37,704 nt of DNA. It comes from an uncultured Candidatus Saccharibacteria bacterium (lineage in GTDB: Bacteria > Patescibacteriota > Minisyncoccia > Phycocordibacterales > DATDWN01). A program made the position numbers and the translations under genes. The notes beneath the pieces were generated by a model, which made no database searches, was not told where the DNA came from, and saw only the letters and a program-made list of their open reading frames with translations. The stretch lies in the NCBI GenBank assembly GCA_964586695.1, contig CAZPGQ010000004.1:16865-54568 (forward strand), read 5' to 3'. Shown piece by piece: positions 23,269 through 31,105 of this stretch (its first letter is position 1; each line of letters begins with the position of its first letter).

Positions 23269-24921
23269 ATGAATACAGAAATAATTGAAGCGTTGAAAAA
23301 AATTTTTAGTGGGGATATAGAAAGCAAAGAAGAAACTCTTAAAAAATACTCTCGAGATGCCAGTCTTTTTGAGATAAAACCAAAGTTAGTAATATTTCCA
23401 AAAAATAGTGAGGATGTAAAAACTGCAGTAAAGTGGGTAAACGAAAATAAAGAAAAGGACCCTTCCCTTTCCATAACAGCCAGATCTGCTGGTACTTGTA
23501 TGAGCGGTGGTTCACTAAATGAATCTGTAATAATCGACTTTACTCGATATATGAACAGAATAATCGAGGTTAAAGACGACTATGCCATAGTAGAACCGGG
23601 ATGTTTCTATAGGGATTTTGATAAAGCTACAAGGAAAATTGGCAAAATAATGCCAACATATACAGCATCTCGTGAGATATGTGCTGTTGGAGGAATGGTG
23701 GCAAACAATGCCGGTGGGGAGAAAAGTATAAAGTATGGAAAAGTTGAAAATCATATTAAAAAACTAAAAGTGATTTTTTCCGATGGAAACGAGTACGAAG
23801 TAAAACCTATGACACTGAAGGAGCTTGAAGAAAAGATTGCTCAAAACAACTTTGAAGGTGAACTTTATAAAAAAATATTTGATTTAATAAAGGACAACTA
23901 CGACGAAATAATTTCTGCAAAACCAGACGTTTCAAAAAACTCTTCTGGATACTATTTATGGAACGTCTACGACAAAGAGAAACAGACTTTTGACCTCTGT
24001 CGACTTATATCTGGTTCACAAGGAACACTTGGAATCGTCACAGAGATCACTTTTGACCTAATACCTATAGCAAAATATTCAAACCTTTTGGTTGTATTCC
24101 TACCCTCTCTGGAAAAAGTAAGTGAGTTGGTTACAAGAATACTTCCATACAAGCCAGAAAGCCTAGAAACATACGATGATAAAAGTATGATCCTAGCTGT
24201 GCGCTTCTTCTTTGATTTCTTTAAGCAACTTGGTTTCTTTGGAGCATTGAGACTTGGTTTCCAATTTATACCGGAAACATTTATGGTTCTTTCTGGTGGA
24301 GTTCCAAAACTAATTTTGATGATTGAATTTACAGGAGAAACAGAAGAAGAAGTTATAGCAAAACTAACTGAAGTTCGTGACCACCTAACAGACTTCCACT
24401 TTAAAATGCATATTGCAAAAAATAGTGGCGAAGCAGAAAAATACTGGGACATAAGACATGAAAGCTTTAACCTCCTACGAAAGCACGTCCACGGAAAAAG
24501 AACTGCTCCTTTTATTGACGATCTAGTTGTTAAGCCAGAATATCTTCCAAAGTTTTTACCTAGAATAAAAGCTGTTCTTGATGAGTATAAACTAGACTAT
24601 ACAGTACAGGGACACTTGGGAAACGGTAACTTTCACATAATCCCACTTATGGATCTGGACTCACCTTTTACTTCAGACATTATATTGGAAATATCAAAGA
24701 AAATTTATGCCATCGTAAAAGAGTATAAAGGTTCCAACTCTGCCGAACACAATGACGGTATAATCCGAACTCCATACTTGCTAGAACAGTTCGGAGAGAG
24801 AATTAATGGTTTTTTTAAGGATACAAAAAACATATTTGACCCAAAGAATATATTTAACCCAAACAAAAAAGTTGGTGGAACTTTTGACGACATTAAAAAA
24901 TGGATGATAAAGAAAAACTAA
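23269..24921 (+). CDS. FAD-binding (PCMH-type) oxidoreductase, GlcD / D-lactate dehydrogenase family
   Basis: ITARSAGTCMSGGSLNESVIIDF, VEPGCFY, GGMVANNAGGEKSIKYG, SGSQGTLGIVTEITF, C-terminal SAEHNDGIIRTPY and FDPKNIFNPNK. Confidence 0.8.
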   Translation: MNTEIIEALKKIFSGDIESKEETLKKYSRDASLFEIKPKLVIFPKNSEDVKTAVKWVNENKEKDPSLSITARSAGTCMSGGSLNESVIIDFTRYMNRIIEVKDDYAIVEPGCFYRDFDKATRKIGKIMPTYTASREICAVGGMVANNAGGEKSIKYGKVENHIKKLKVIFSDGNEYEVKPMTLKELEEKIAQNNFEGELYKKIFDLIKDNYDEIISAKPDVSKNSSGYYLWNVYDKEKQTFDLCRLISGSQGTLGIVTEITFDLIPIAKYSNLLVVFLPSLEKVSELVTRILPYKPESLETYDDKSMILAVRFFFDFFKQLGFFGALRLGFQFIPETFMVLSGGVPKLILMIEFTGETEEEVIAKLTEVRDHLTDFHFKMHIAKNSGEAEKYWDIRHESFNLLRKHVHGKRTAPFIDDLVVKPEYLPKFLPRIKAVLDEYKLDYTVQGHLGNGNFHIIPLMDLDSPFTSDIILEISKKIYAIVKEYKGSNSAEHNDGIIRTPYLLEQFGERINGFFKDTKNIFDPKNIFNPNKKVGGTFDDIKKWMIKKN

Positions 24922-24924
24922 TAG

Positions 24925-26109
24925 ATGCAAAGAAAGAATAGAAAAGTTAAGCAGAAAAATAATTATCGCTATATCACCGTAGCTTTTATTGCACTTGTTT
25001 CTATTGCTTCTTTATCTTATGTGACGATTACGAACAAGGACTCTGTAGTAAATATATCCGTTACAAATAAACCAAAAACTACCGTCTACCCTACTCTTTA
25101 TTCCGATAAAAATATAACTAAAAGTGCTGTCGAGTCTGACAAAAGGTTTTCTAACATAACTTTTGTGGAAAAGGAAAGTATGTTAGCAAATGCAATAAGT
25201 GTCATAAACAAGACTTCAGTATTGAAAGACAAAGAATACGAAAAAGGAACTTGGTTGTGGACACCGATCCCCCAGCTAACAGAAAAATATAGTGATAGTA
25301 TCATTTCTGGTGCTCTTAAAAATGGGATAAAAAATATATATATCTCTATAGATTCATATTTAGACATCTACATAATGCCTGATGGAGAGGAAAAAATAGC
25401 AAAAAGAGCTGAATTTGATAAAAAAATAGAGTATTTCATCAAAAAGGCAAATGAAAATGGCATAACTGTAGACGCCGAAGCTGGATGGAGGAACTGGGCA
25501 GAAGACGGCAACACATATAAGGCTCTCGCCACATTAAACTACGCTTTGAAATTCAACAAAGAACACACTGTAAAGTTCAGAGGCTTCCAATACGATGTTG
25601 AACCATACCTTTTGGACGAGTACAAAGAAGACAAAGCAAAAGTTCTTAAGAATTTTCTTAACCTAGTAAACCAAACCGTCTCAATGCTCAATAACAAGGA
25701 CCTCGAGCTCACTGTTGTGATTCCAGAATTTTATGATGGCTCCAACGGAGAAACTCCAAAGTTTTTGTATAATGGTAAGTCAAAATATGCCTCAGAGCAT
25801 TTACTATCAATACTCGACAGAAGAGAAGGAAGTAAAGTTATAATTATGTCTTATAGAAACTTCACAAAAGGCATAGATGGCTCTATAGATATATCCAAAG
25901 ATGAAATCAACTCTGCCAATGAACATAAAACAAGAATAATAATCGCTCAAGAGACAGGTGATGTGGAGCCACCATATATTACTTTCCACAATACAAACAA
26001 AAAGTACTTTAACAGACAGAAAACTGAGCTGGATAAAGCGTTTATGCTAGATAAAAGCTATGGAGGAGTCGCTATACACTATATAAACGCCTTTTTGGAT
26101 CTAAAATAA
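24925..26109 (+). CDS. Hypothetical TM-anchored extracytoplasmic protein, possibly (beta/alpha)8 glycosidase-like
   Basis: N-terminal TM. Alternating strand/helix pattern (IKNIYISID, ITVDAEAGW, FQYDVEPY, LTVVIPEF, KVIIMSYRN, IIIAQETG). 3-nt gap to the oxidase gene. Fold guess only. Confidence 0.3.
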   Translation: MQRKNRKVKQKNNYRYITVAFIALVSIASLSYVTITNKDSVVNISVTNKPKTTVYPTLYSDKNITKSAVESDKRFSNITFVEKESMLANAISVINKTSVLKDKEYEKGTWLWTPIPQLTEKYSDSIISGALKNGIKNIYISIDSYLDIYIMPDGEEKIAKRAEFDKKIEYFIKKANENGITVDAEAGWRNWAEDGNTYKALATLNYALKFNKEHTVKFRGFQYDVEPYLLDEYKEDKAKVLKNFLNLVNQTVSMLNNKDLELTVVIPEFYDGSNGETPKFLYNGKSKYASEHLLSILDRREGSKVIIMSYRNFTKGIDGSIDISKDEINSANEHKTRIIIAQETGDVEPPYITFHNTNKKYFNRQKTELDKAFMLDKSYGGVAIHYINAFLDLK

Positions 26110-26112
26110 AAC

Positions 26113-26141
26113 AAAAATCCCCTTCTGGGGATTTTTGTTTT
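26113..26141. terminator. Bidirectional intrinsic terminator
   Basis: AAAAATCCCC-TTCT-GGGGATTTTT then GTTTT, between convergent genes. Confidence 0.8.
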
Positions 26142-26158
26142 ACCATCCTAAGTAAGTA

Positions 26159-26413
26159 TTAAGATAGGTGCTTTGAAACAAGTTTTGTCATTTCAAACAT
26201 GTTTACCGTAGCCTTTCCTCCGAAAACTTTCTTTAGAGCCTCGTCTGCATTGATGTTTCTCTTGTTCTTTGGATCCTGTAGATCGTTCTTCTTGATGTAA
26301 ACCCAAAGCTTCTTAACAACGTCTGATCGTGGCATTGGGCCCTTTCCTACTACTGCTGCTAGTTCATCACTAACAGTCATAGGCTTCATAAATGCTGAAT
26401 TCTTTTTTTCCAT
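26159..26413 (-). CDS. SWIB/MDM2-domain protein
   Basis: MEKKNSAFMKPMTVSDELAAVVGKGPMPRSDVVKKLWVYIKKNDLQDPKNKRNINADEALKKVFGG...VNMFEMTKLVSKHL. Start at ATG 26411-26413; the upstream part of the track ORF does not look like coding sequence. Confidence 0.85.
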   Translation of the reverse strand: MEKKNSAFMKPMTVSDELAAVVGKGPMPRSDVVKKLWVYIKKNDLQDPKNKRNINADEALKKVFGGKATVNMFEMTKLVSKHLS

Positions 26414-26563
26414 ATTTTTGATTAAAAGATAATACCAACCATTATACAGCATTTCTCCTCGGAGAGCTATAGCCACAATCCACAATACATTGTCTACTAA
26501 TATACAGGGGTACTTTGAGCTGTTAATCAGTCCAAACAAAGTAAGATATAATAAAGTTATTAT

Positions 26564-27049
26564 ATGAAACCAGCAAAAATAATATCATTTGAAGATTTCG
26601 ATAAAATAAGAAAAAATCTGGGTAAAATAGTCTGCACGTCTGGTGGTTTTGACCCTATTCATCCAGGACACGTATCCTGCATACACGAATCAAAAAAGTA
26701 TGGGGACACTGTAGTTGTAATAGTGAACGGCGATAGTTTTCTAAAAACAAAGAAGGGTAAGCCTTTTATGGATGTAAAAACAAGATGTCATATTGTTTCA
26801 TATGTGATTGGAGTTGACTATGTAATACCTTTTGAAATTGAGAACGACCAAACAGTATCTGTAGCACTAGAAAAAATTAAACCGCATATTTTTACTAAGG
26901 GTGGAGACCGTATTGATGAAAAAAGTATTCCCGAATGGAAAACTTGTGTCAAAAACAGTATTGAAGTTATATCTGGAGTTGGACTTCGCAAGGACTGGAG
27001 TAGTTCAAATTTCCTCAAAGAATGGGAGGAATACATAAAGTCTAGGTAA
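26564..27049 (+). CDS. Cytidylyl/adenylyltransferase-family protein, RfaE domain II / HldC-like
   Basis: IVCTSGGFDPIHPGHVSCIHESKKYGDTVVVIVNGDSFLKTKKG... (HxGH motif), ...FTKGGDR. Confidence 0.75.
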   Translation: MKPAKIISFEDFDKIRKNLGKIVCTSGGFDPIHPGHVSCIHESKKYGDTVVVIVNGDSFLKTKKGKPFMDVKTRCHIVSYVIGVDYVIPFEIENDQTVSVALEKIKPHIFTKGGDRIDEKSIPEWKTCVKNSIEVISGVGLRKDWSSSNFLKEWEEYIKSR

Positions 27050-27058
27050 TACAAAAAA

Positions 27059-27553
27059 CTAGATGTTCAAAATGTGTTTTGGGACTATTTTTTCTGAAAT
27101 ATAAAATTCTTTTAGTTTCTTTGGTAAAGATTTAAAGCGTTTTATTACCCCACGGCAGTCTTTTTCACCACAGTTACATTTCATTTCCCATATATCATCA
27201 CTTGCCACAATAGTTGAATAATCAAAAGCTAGTTCAGAACCACTGGTTATATCAGAAATCGTTATTACAAAAAGTTTTCCTTTTTCTTTCATTATTTTTA
27301 CATTTGGTTTACACGAGTGGTTTAGAAAATCGCCCATACTTCCATCCGGACTTATATAGAAATCTCTATCAAACCTATAGGCATTCGCCCTAGTTGTATC
27401 ATCTATATCTTCGTCTATGTCACCTGTTATTCGACTTCCCTTAATTTCAAAAACATTTTTACCTATTTTAAAATCCTTTTTAGAAAAAATACCAAAACCG
27501 TTTCTGGCTTTCTTTACCATCAAATCTTTGGTTTCAAGTTCCTTTCTCTTCAT
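27059..27553 (-). CDS. SET-domain protein (lysine methyltransferase-like) with post-SET Cys cluster
   Basis: NGFGIFSKKDF, GDFLNHSCKPNV (NHSCxPN), SGSELAFDYS (ELxFDY), CNCGEKDCRG (post-SET). ATG at 27551-27553; the track start is TTG one codon upstream. Confidence 0.85.
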   Translation of the reverse strand: MKRKELETKDLMVKKARNGFGIFSKKDFKIGKNVFEIKGSRITGDIDEDIDDTTRANAYRFDRDFYISPDGSMGDFLNHSCKPNVKIMKEKGKLFVITISDITSGSELAFDYSTIVASDDIWEMKCNCGEKDCRGVIKRFKSLPKKLKEFYISEKIVPKHILNI

Positions 27554-27557
27554 CAAA

Positions 27558-28445
27558 TTACCTTACAGAAAAACTGGTTGGGGTTGTTGTCGAAACGCCA
27601 TAGTAGTAACAGACCTTTTGTAACGGTTTATATCTTGATTTAAACTCTTTGGTTTTAAAATCACCATTTGGGTACAGCACATTGTAGATTACGTTAGATG
27701 TATAACCAATCTGTGGCTTATTTACACACTCTGGTTCCGAACTACTTCTGGTTGTGGTCGCCACATATCTCGCTGGAGGAACGTCTACAACATTTGAAAT
27801 TATAGGTTCTGTAGTTGTAGCTATTCTGCCATCAGAAGTTCCGTATATTTCAAAAACAACCTTTTTATCTTCTGTTTTTCCCTTTATTGTTATTGGACTA
27901 CCTGTATCATTTACAAACTTTAGATCCACACCAGGATCAGAGTAGGTAGCATCTATTCCAACGTCATAATACGAAACTGTATAACTATGATTGTGTCGTT
28001 CTGTTATAGGCAAACCAGCTTTAAGCAAACTTTGAAAAAGGGTTGTAGAAACCTGACAGAGCCCCCCACCTACACCAGTTGTAACTTCCCCATTTAGAAA
28101 AACTTTTGCAATACTATACCCATCCTCCTCTGTCACCGAACCGAGAGATTTAATAAAAGAAAATTCTTCACCCGGTAAAATAGTTTTACCATTTAACTTT
28201 GAAACTCCGAGTTCTATATTTTTATTTCTTTCTTCTGTACCTCCTTCAAAACTAATAGAAGCCTTACCCAAAAGTTCACCTATCGGTTCTTCTTTTATTG
28301 TATCTATTGCAAGAGCGGGTTTGTTAACCTCTACACTTTTTAATTTATTTTTATGCGTTGAACTATAGATAGTAAGTCCAGCAACAATAACCAGAGCAAA
28401 AATCGCTGGGACATAAACTCTTGGCTGTAAGTGATGCTTAGACAT
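27558..28445 (-). CDS. VanW-family protein, TM-anchored
   Basis: LPGEEFSFIKSLG...GYSIAKVFLNGEVTTGVGGGLCQVSTTLFQSLLKAGLPITERHNHSYTVSYY...GIDATYSDPGVDLKFVNDT. Confidence 0.85.
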   Translation of the reverse strand: MSKHHLQPRVYVPAIFALVIVAGLTIYSSTHKNKLKSVEVNKPALAIDTIKEEPIGELLGKASISFEGGTEERNKNIELGVSKLNGKTILPGEEFSFIKSLGSVTEEDGYSIAKVFLNGEVTTGVGGGLCQVSTTLFQSLLKAGLPITERHNHSYTVSYYDVGIDATYSDPGVDLKFVNDTGSPITIKGKTEDKKVVFEIYGTSDGRIATTTEPIISNVVDVPPARYVATTTRSSSEPECVNKPQIGYTSNVIYNVLYPNGDFKTKEFKSRYKPLQKVCYYYGVSTTTPTSFSVR

Positions 28446-28686
28446 TATTTTTAATAAATTCTAGTTTTTGTTTCCTCGTCCACTTTTTTATTTCTGCTTC
28501 TCGTTTTGATGCTGATGATCTGTCTTTGTGTTCCTCTGTATACACTATCTTAACAACCCTGTGAGCACTCGTATAGTGCCCACCTTTCCCAGCTTTGTGT
28601 TCCTCAAAGCGTCTTTTTACATTGGTAGTTATTCCAGTGTAGAGAGACTTGTCAGAACATTGGAGGATATAGAGAAAATAAGACAT
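28438..28686 (-). CDS. GIY-YIG nuclease-family protein (UPF0213/YhbQ-Slx1-like, 82 aa)
   Basis: YFLYILQCSDKSLYTGITTNVKRRFEEHKAG...ASKREAEIKKWTRKQK. 8-nt overlap with the VanW start. Confidence 0.85.
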   Translation of the reverse strand: MSYFLYILQCSDKSLYTGITTNVKRRFEEHKAGKGGHYTSAHRVVKIVYTEEHKDRSSASKREAEIKKWTRKQKLEFIKNNV

Positions 28687-29118
28687 CTATTTCAGACTTT
28701 TAAAAACGTCACTTGGCTTTAGATACTCTGCGTTCTCATCAAAGGGTAGAACCTCACTTCCCCAATCAAAATTATGTGTAGCCTCAGTCATTGTGTCAGA
28801 AGCTTCAGGACCACAGACATCTCTAATCTGAACTATTACAGGAACGTTTTCAATATTATTTTTTTTAAAAATTTGAATAAGGTGATTGCCAGTTTCTAAT
28901 CTAAATTTCTTATTTTTGATTCCCACTCTAATAATAAGAGGCGCTGTTAAACCATTCACCAAAACATTTTGCCAAAGACCGTCCAGATCAACAATTTTAT
29001 TACCTAGATCTATCATCTCTGATGGGTTTGTTCCTCTATAATTCCAAAGCCATTGAATTGGGACTAGTTCTATCTTACTTTGGTCAAAATCAGGATTTTC
29101 TTTCCAAGTTTCTTTCAT
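28687..29118 (-). CDS. Hypothetical protein with ParB/Srx-like fold signature
   Basis: ELVPIQWL...LWQNVLVNGLTAPLIIRV...KKFRLETGNHLIQIFKKNNIENVPVIV follows the ParB N-terminal pattern (strand, helix, xxDGHHR-like GNH, helix, strand). Its stop TAG directly abuts the GIY-YIG ATG. Confidence 0.4.
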   Translation of the reverse strand: MKETWKENPDFDQSKIELVPIQWLWNYRGTNPSEMIDLGNKIVDLDGLWQNVLVNGLTAPLIIRVGIKNKKFRLETGNHLIQIFKKNNIENVPVIVQIRDVCGPEASDTMTEATHNFDWGSEVLPFDENAEYLKPSDVFKSLK

Positions 29119-29188
29119 AAATAAATTATATCAAAAATAATGTATTTTTCTTGTAAAAAGGCCAATTTTCGGGTATTCTGTGTTGTAT

Positions 29189-29259
29189 TGCCAGATCGTC
29201 TAATGGTAGGACTTATCCCTCTGGAGGATAGTATCTTGGTTCGAGTCCAAGTCTGGCAG
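29189..29259 (+). tRNA. tRNA-Gln (anticodon CUG); no encoded CCA
   Basis: Hand-folded. Acceptor TGCCAGA/TCTGGCA (U1-A72); D arm GTCT-AATGGTA-GGAC; anticodon arm TATCC-CTCTGGA-GGATA; T arm CTTGG-TTCGAGT-CCAAG; discriminator G. Confidence 0.9.
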
Positions 29260-29280
29260 CCGTTAATTTATAAACCGTAT

Positions 29281-29706
29281 ATGAATAACAATATAATTCT
29301 TGAAACGGATTACTGGTCTGTTGAATTAATAAAAGATCAACTCTATCTTGGTAGATGTGTTGTTCTATTAAAGAGAGAATGCGGTAATCTTGCGGGTATC
29401 AATGAGAATGAAATATTGGATTTTCTTAATCTAGTAAAAAAACTTGAAACATTGTTTAAGAAAACATTTAATGCGACCATGTTTAATTGGACTTGTTTGA
29501 TGAACAACGCGTATAAAGAAACAGAACCAAAACCACAAATCCACTGGCATTTTAGACCAAGATATAGAGAGAATGTTGAAGTTGAAGGTTATACTTTTAA
29601 AGATCCTAACTTCGGACATCATTATCTACACGGAAAAGGAAATGAGTTTATTATTTCTGATGAAGTACTAAAAATCATCAATTTAAAACTTAAAGAGAAT
29701 TTATAA
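29281..29706 (+). CDS. HIT-family (histidine triad) nucleotide hydrolase/transferase
   Basis: MNNNIILETDYWSVEL...GRCVVLLKRE...NWTCLMNNAY...KPQIHWHFRPRY (HxHxxxxP-type triad region). Start moved to ATG 29281 because the track ORF 29140 reads through tRNA-Gln. Confidence 0.7.
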   Translation: MNNNIILETDYWSVELIKDQLYLGRCVVLLKRECGNLAGINENEILDFLNLVKKLETLFKKTFNATMFNWTCLMNNAYKETEPKPQIHWHFRPRYRENVEVEGYTFKDPNFGHHYLHGKGNEFIISDEVLKIINLKLKENL

Positions 29707-29740
29707 AGGCCGGGATAACCGTAGGTTTCCAAGCTGTGAA

Positions 29741-29757
29741 GATTCCAAGTCTGGCAG
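29741..29757 (+). repeat. Copy of the last 17 nt of tRNA-Gln (16/17 identical)
   Basis: GATTCCAAGTCTGGCAG versus the tRNA 3' end GAGTCCAAGTCTGGCAG (29243-29259). Confidence 0.85.
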
Positions 29758-29780
29758 TATTTAAAACCGCCGGTTTCCCA

Positions 29781-29799
29781 GAGGTCCAAAGTCTGGCAG
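29781..29799 (+). repeat. Second, more decayed copy of the tRNA-Gln 3' end
   Basis: GAGGTCCAAAGTCTGGCAG equals the tRNA 3' end with two 1-nt insertions. GGTTTCC(A/C)AG motifs at 29725, 29772 and 29824 look like further decayed T-arm fragments. Confidence 0.7.
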
Positions 29800-29856
29800 A
29801 TTGGGTGTATAATACTAATCAATGGTTTCCAAGAACAGCGAAGCGAGTAGTCTAGT

Positions 29857-29869
29857 TATAAAAATACTA
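29857..29869 (+). repeat. Left copy of a perfect 13-bp direct repeat TATAAAAATACTA flanking the GC-richer cassette
   Basis: Identical 13-mer at 30285-30297. Confidence 0.8.
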
Positions 29870-29870
29870 T

Positions 29871-29910
29871 TTGACACTCTAATTTTTGTACTGTAACGTA
29901 AATATTGGAG
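29871..29910 (+). promoter_or_regulatory. Candidate sigma70-type promoter plus SD of the cassette ORF
   Basis: TTGACA at 29871-29876, TAACGT (TAnnnT) 17 nt downstream, GGAG at 29907-29910 lying 8 nt before the ATG. Confidence 0.35.
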
Positions 29911-29918
29911 AGTGCCTA

Positions 29919-30224
29919 ATGAAAGGAAATATTGTTACTGGTCCCAATCGAGATGAATTAGCGAATGCCATGTTCCATGGAGGTGAACGAGTTTCATTCG
30001 TTGTCCGTCCTGATGAGACGGGTGAAAATGCGACTATTTTTGCGATAATCACGGAGGTCCAGTCGGATGGTACGTATCATGGGGGAAAAAGAAACGGTGT
30101 CATCCTCAAAGGAAACTGCAAAGTCGAAGACAGTGTTCGATCAGTTTCGTTTGAAGCCCTCTACAACATGTGCACTGTTCCCGACGAAGAGAACAAATTC
30201 TTTGGGAGGTTTTATACGAAGTAA
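29919..30224 (+). CDS. Hypothetical 101-aa protein, no recognisable domain, in an islet of about 45% G+C
   Basis: MKGNIVTGPNRDELANAMFHGGERVSFVVRPDETGENATIFAIITEVQSDG... It has its own promoter-like element, SD and terminator. The composition differs clearly from the flanks. Confidence 0.6.
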   Translation: MKGNIVTGPNRDELANAMFHGGERVSFVVRPDETGENATIFAIITEVQSDGTYHGGKRNGVILKGNCKVEDSVRSVSFEALYNMCTVPDEENKFFGRFYTK

Positions 30225-30225
30225 T

Positions 30226-30285
30226 ACCCGCCAGCCTTATAACACAATCCGTTGTCATAAGATCGATGGCGGGTTCTGTTTTTAT
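30226..30285 (+). terminator. Long imperfect stem-loop terminator of the cassette
   Basis: ACCCGCCA (30226-30233) pairs with TGGCGGGT (30267-30274). Inner pairings are CTTAT/ATAAG and ACAA-TCCG-TTGT. Followed by TCTGTTTTTAT. Confidence 0.6.
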
Positions 30286-30297
30286 ATAAAAATACTA
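30285..30297 (+). repeat. Right copy of the 13-bp direct repeat TATAAAAATACTA
   Basis: Identical to 29857-29869. Confidence 0.8.
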
Positions 30298-30396
30298 CCT
30301 CCAACAATTATTCCATTTCTACTAAATTAACCCCCCTGTAACCTTTCCACACTTCCAACGTCTTATATAGTACACATTAGTAATTAATCCTCTCAT

Positions 30397-31104
30397 ATGG
30401 AAAATAACAACAAGGACACTGGTATCATGGTGGCAATTATCGTCATAATCGTAATTATTGTTGCTGGATCTATGTTTTATTATTTTAGAAACAACAAAAA
30501 CAGCGCAGCAACTCCTATCCAAGTCGACAACTCAATTACATACAAAAATGATCAGTACGGATTTACATTTTCTTTACCAGACAACTGGAAAGGATATTCT
30601 GTTGTAGAAAATACATGGAAAGGAACACCGCTTAATTCCAAAACTGCTCAAAGTGGACCCAAACTATTAATAAGAAATCCGAAATGGACAGCTGGTGCTC
30701 CATACGAAGACTTACCTATTTTGATTTTTACTATCGCACAATGGAATTCATACCTTGCTGAAAATTTCACCGTATCCGCGGCGCCGACAATGGCAAGTGA
30801 AATGGCTCGAAATGACACATATGTTTTTGCCCTGCCTCCACGGTGGGATTTTGACTACAGTCTTGGGGTAGAAGAAGCACAGAGTATTATTGCGAACAAA
30901 CCTATCAAAACATTTAATTTGAAGAGTATGTCTCAAGCAAAGATAAATATAGAAGCTGTGTGTAATGGTGCACTAGCTTATATGACTTTTGCAGACAGCA
31001 AAAGCGCTGATTTGTTTGTAAAAGATTGTATAGATGGAAAACACCCAGAAGTTATAGAACGATATAAGGCTGATTTGAATCTAAACGCTGGAGCAAAGAT
31101 ATAA
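30397..31104 (+). CDS. Hypothetical TM-anchored extracytoplasmic protein
   Basis: N-terminal TM IMVAIIVIIVIIVAGSMFYYF, then a soluble domain with no family I recognise. Confidence 0.45.
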   Translation: MENNNKDTGIMVAIIVIIVIIVAGSMFYYFRNNKNSAATPIQVDNSITYKNDQYGFTFSLPDNWKGYSVVENTWKGTPLNSKTAQSGPKLLIRNPKWTAGAPYEDLPILIFTIAQWNSYLAENFTVSAAPTMASEMARNDTYVFALPPRWDFDYSLGVEEAQSIIANKPIKTFNLKSMSQAKINIEAVCNGALAYMTFADSKSADLFVKDCIDGKHPEVIERYKADLNLNAGAKI

Positions 31105-31105
31105 T

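Noticed and set aside
26414-26539. Upstream 42 codons of track ORF 26159-26539 (MFGLINSSKYPCILVDNVLW...)
   Set aside because: The sequence is hydrophobic and non-SWIB and lies in the divergent promoter region. Stand-alone SWIB proteins are about 85 aa, and MEKKNSAFMKP is a natural start.
29140-29280. N-terminal extension of track ORF 29140-29706
   Set aside because: It reads straight through tRNA-Gln (29189-29259). The HIT-family protein starts at ATG 29281.
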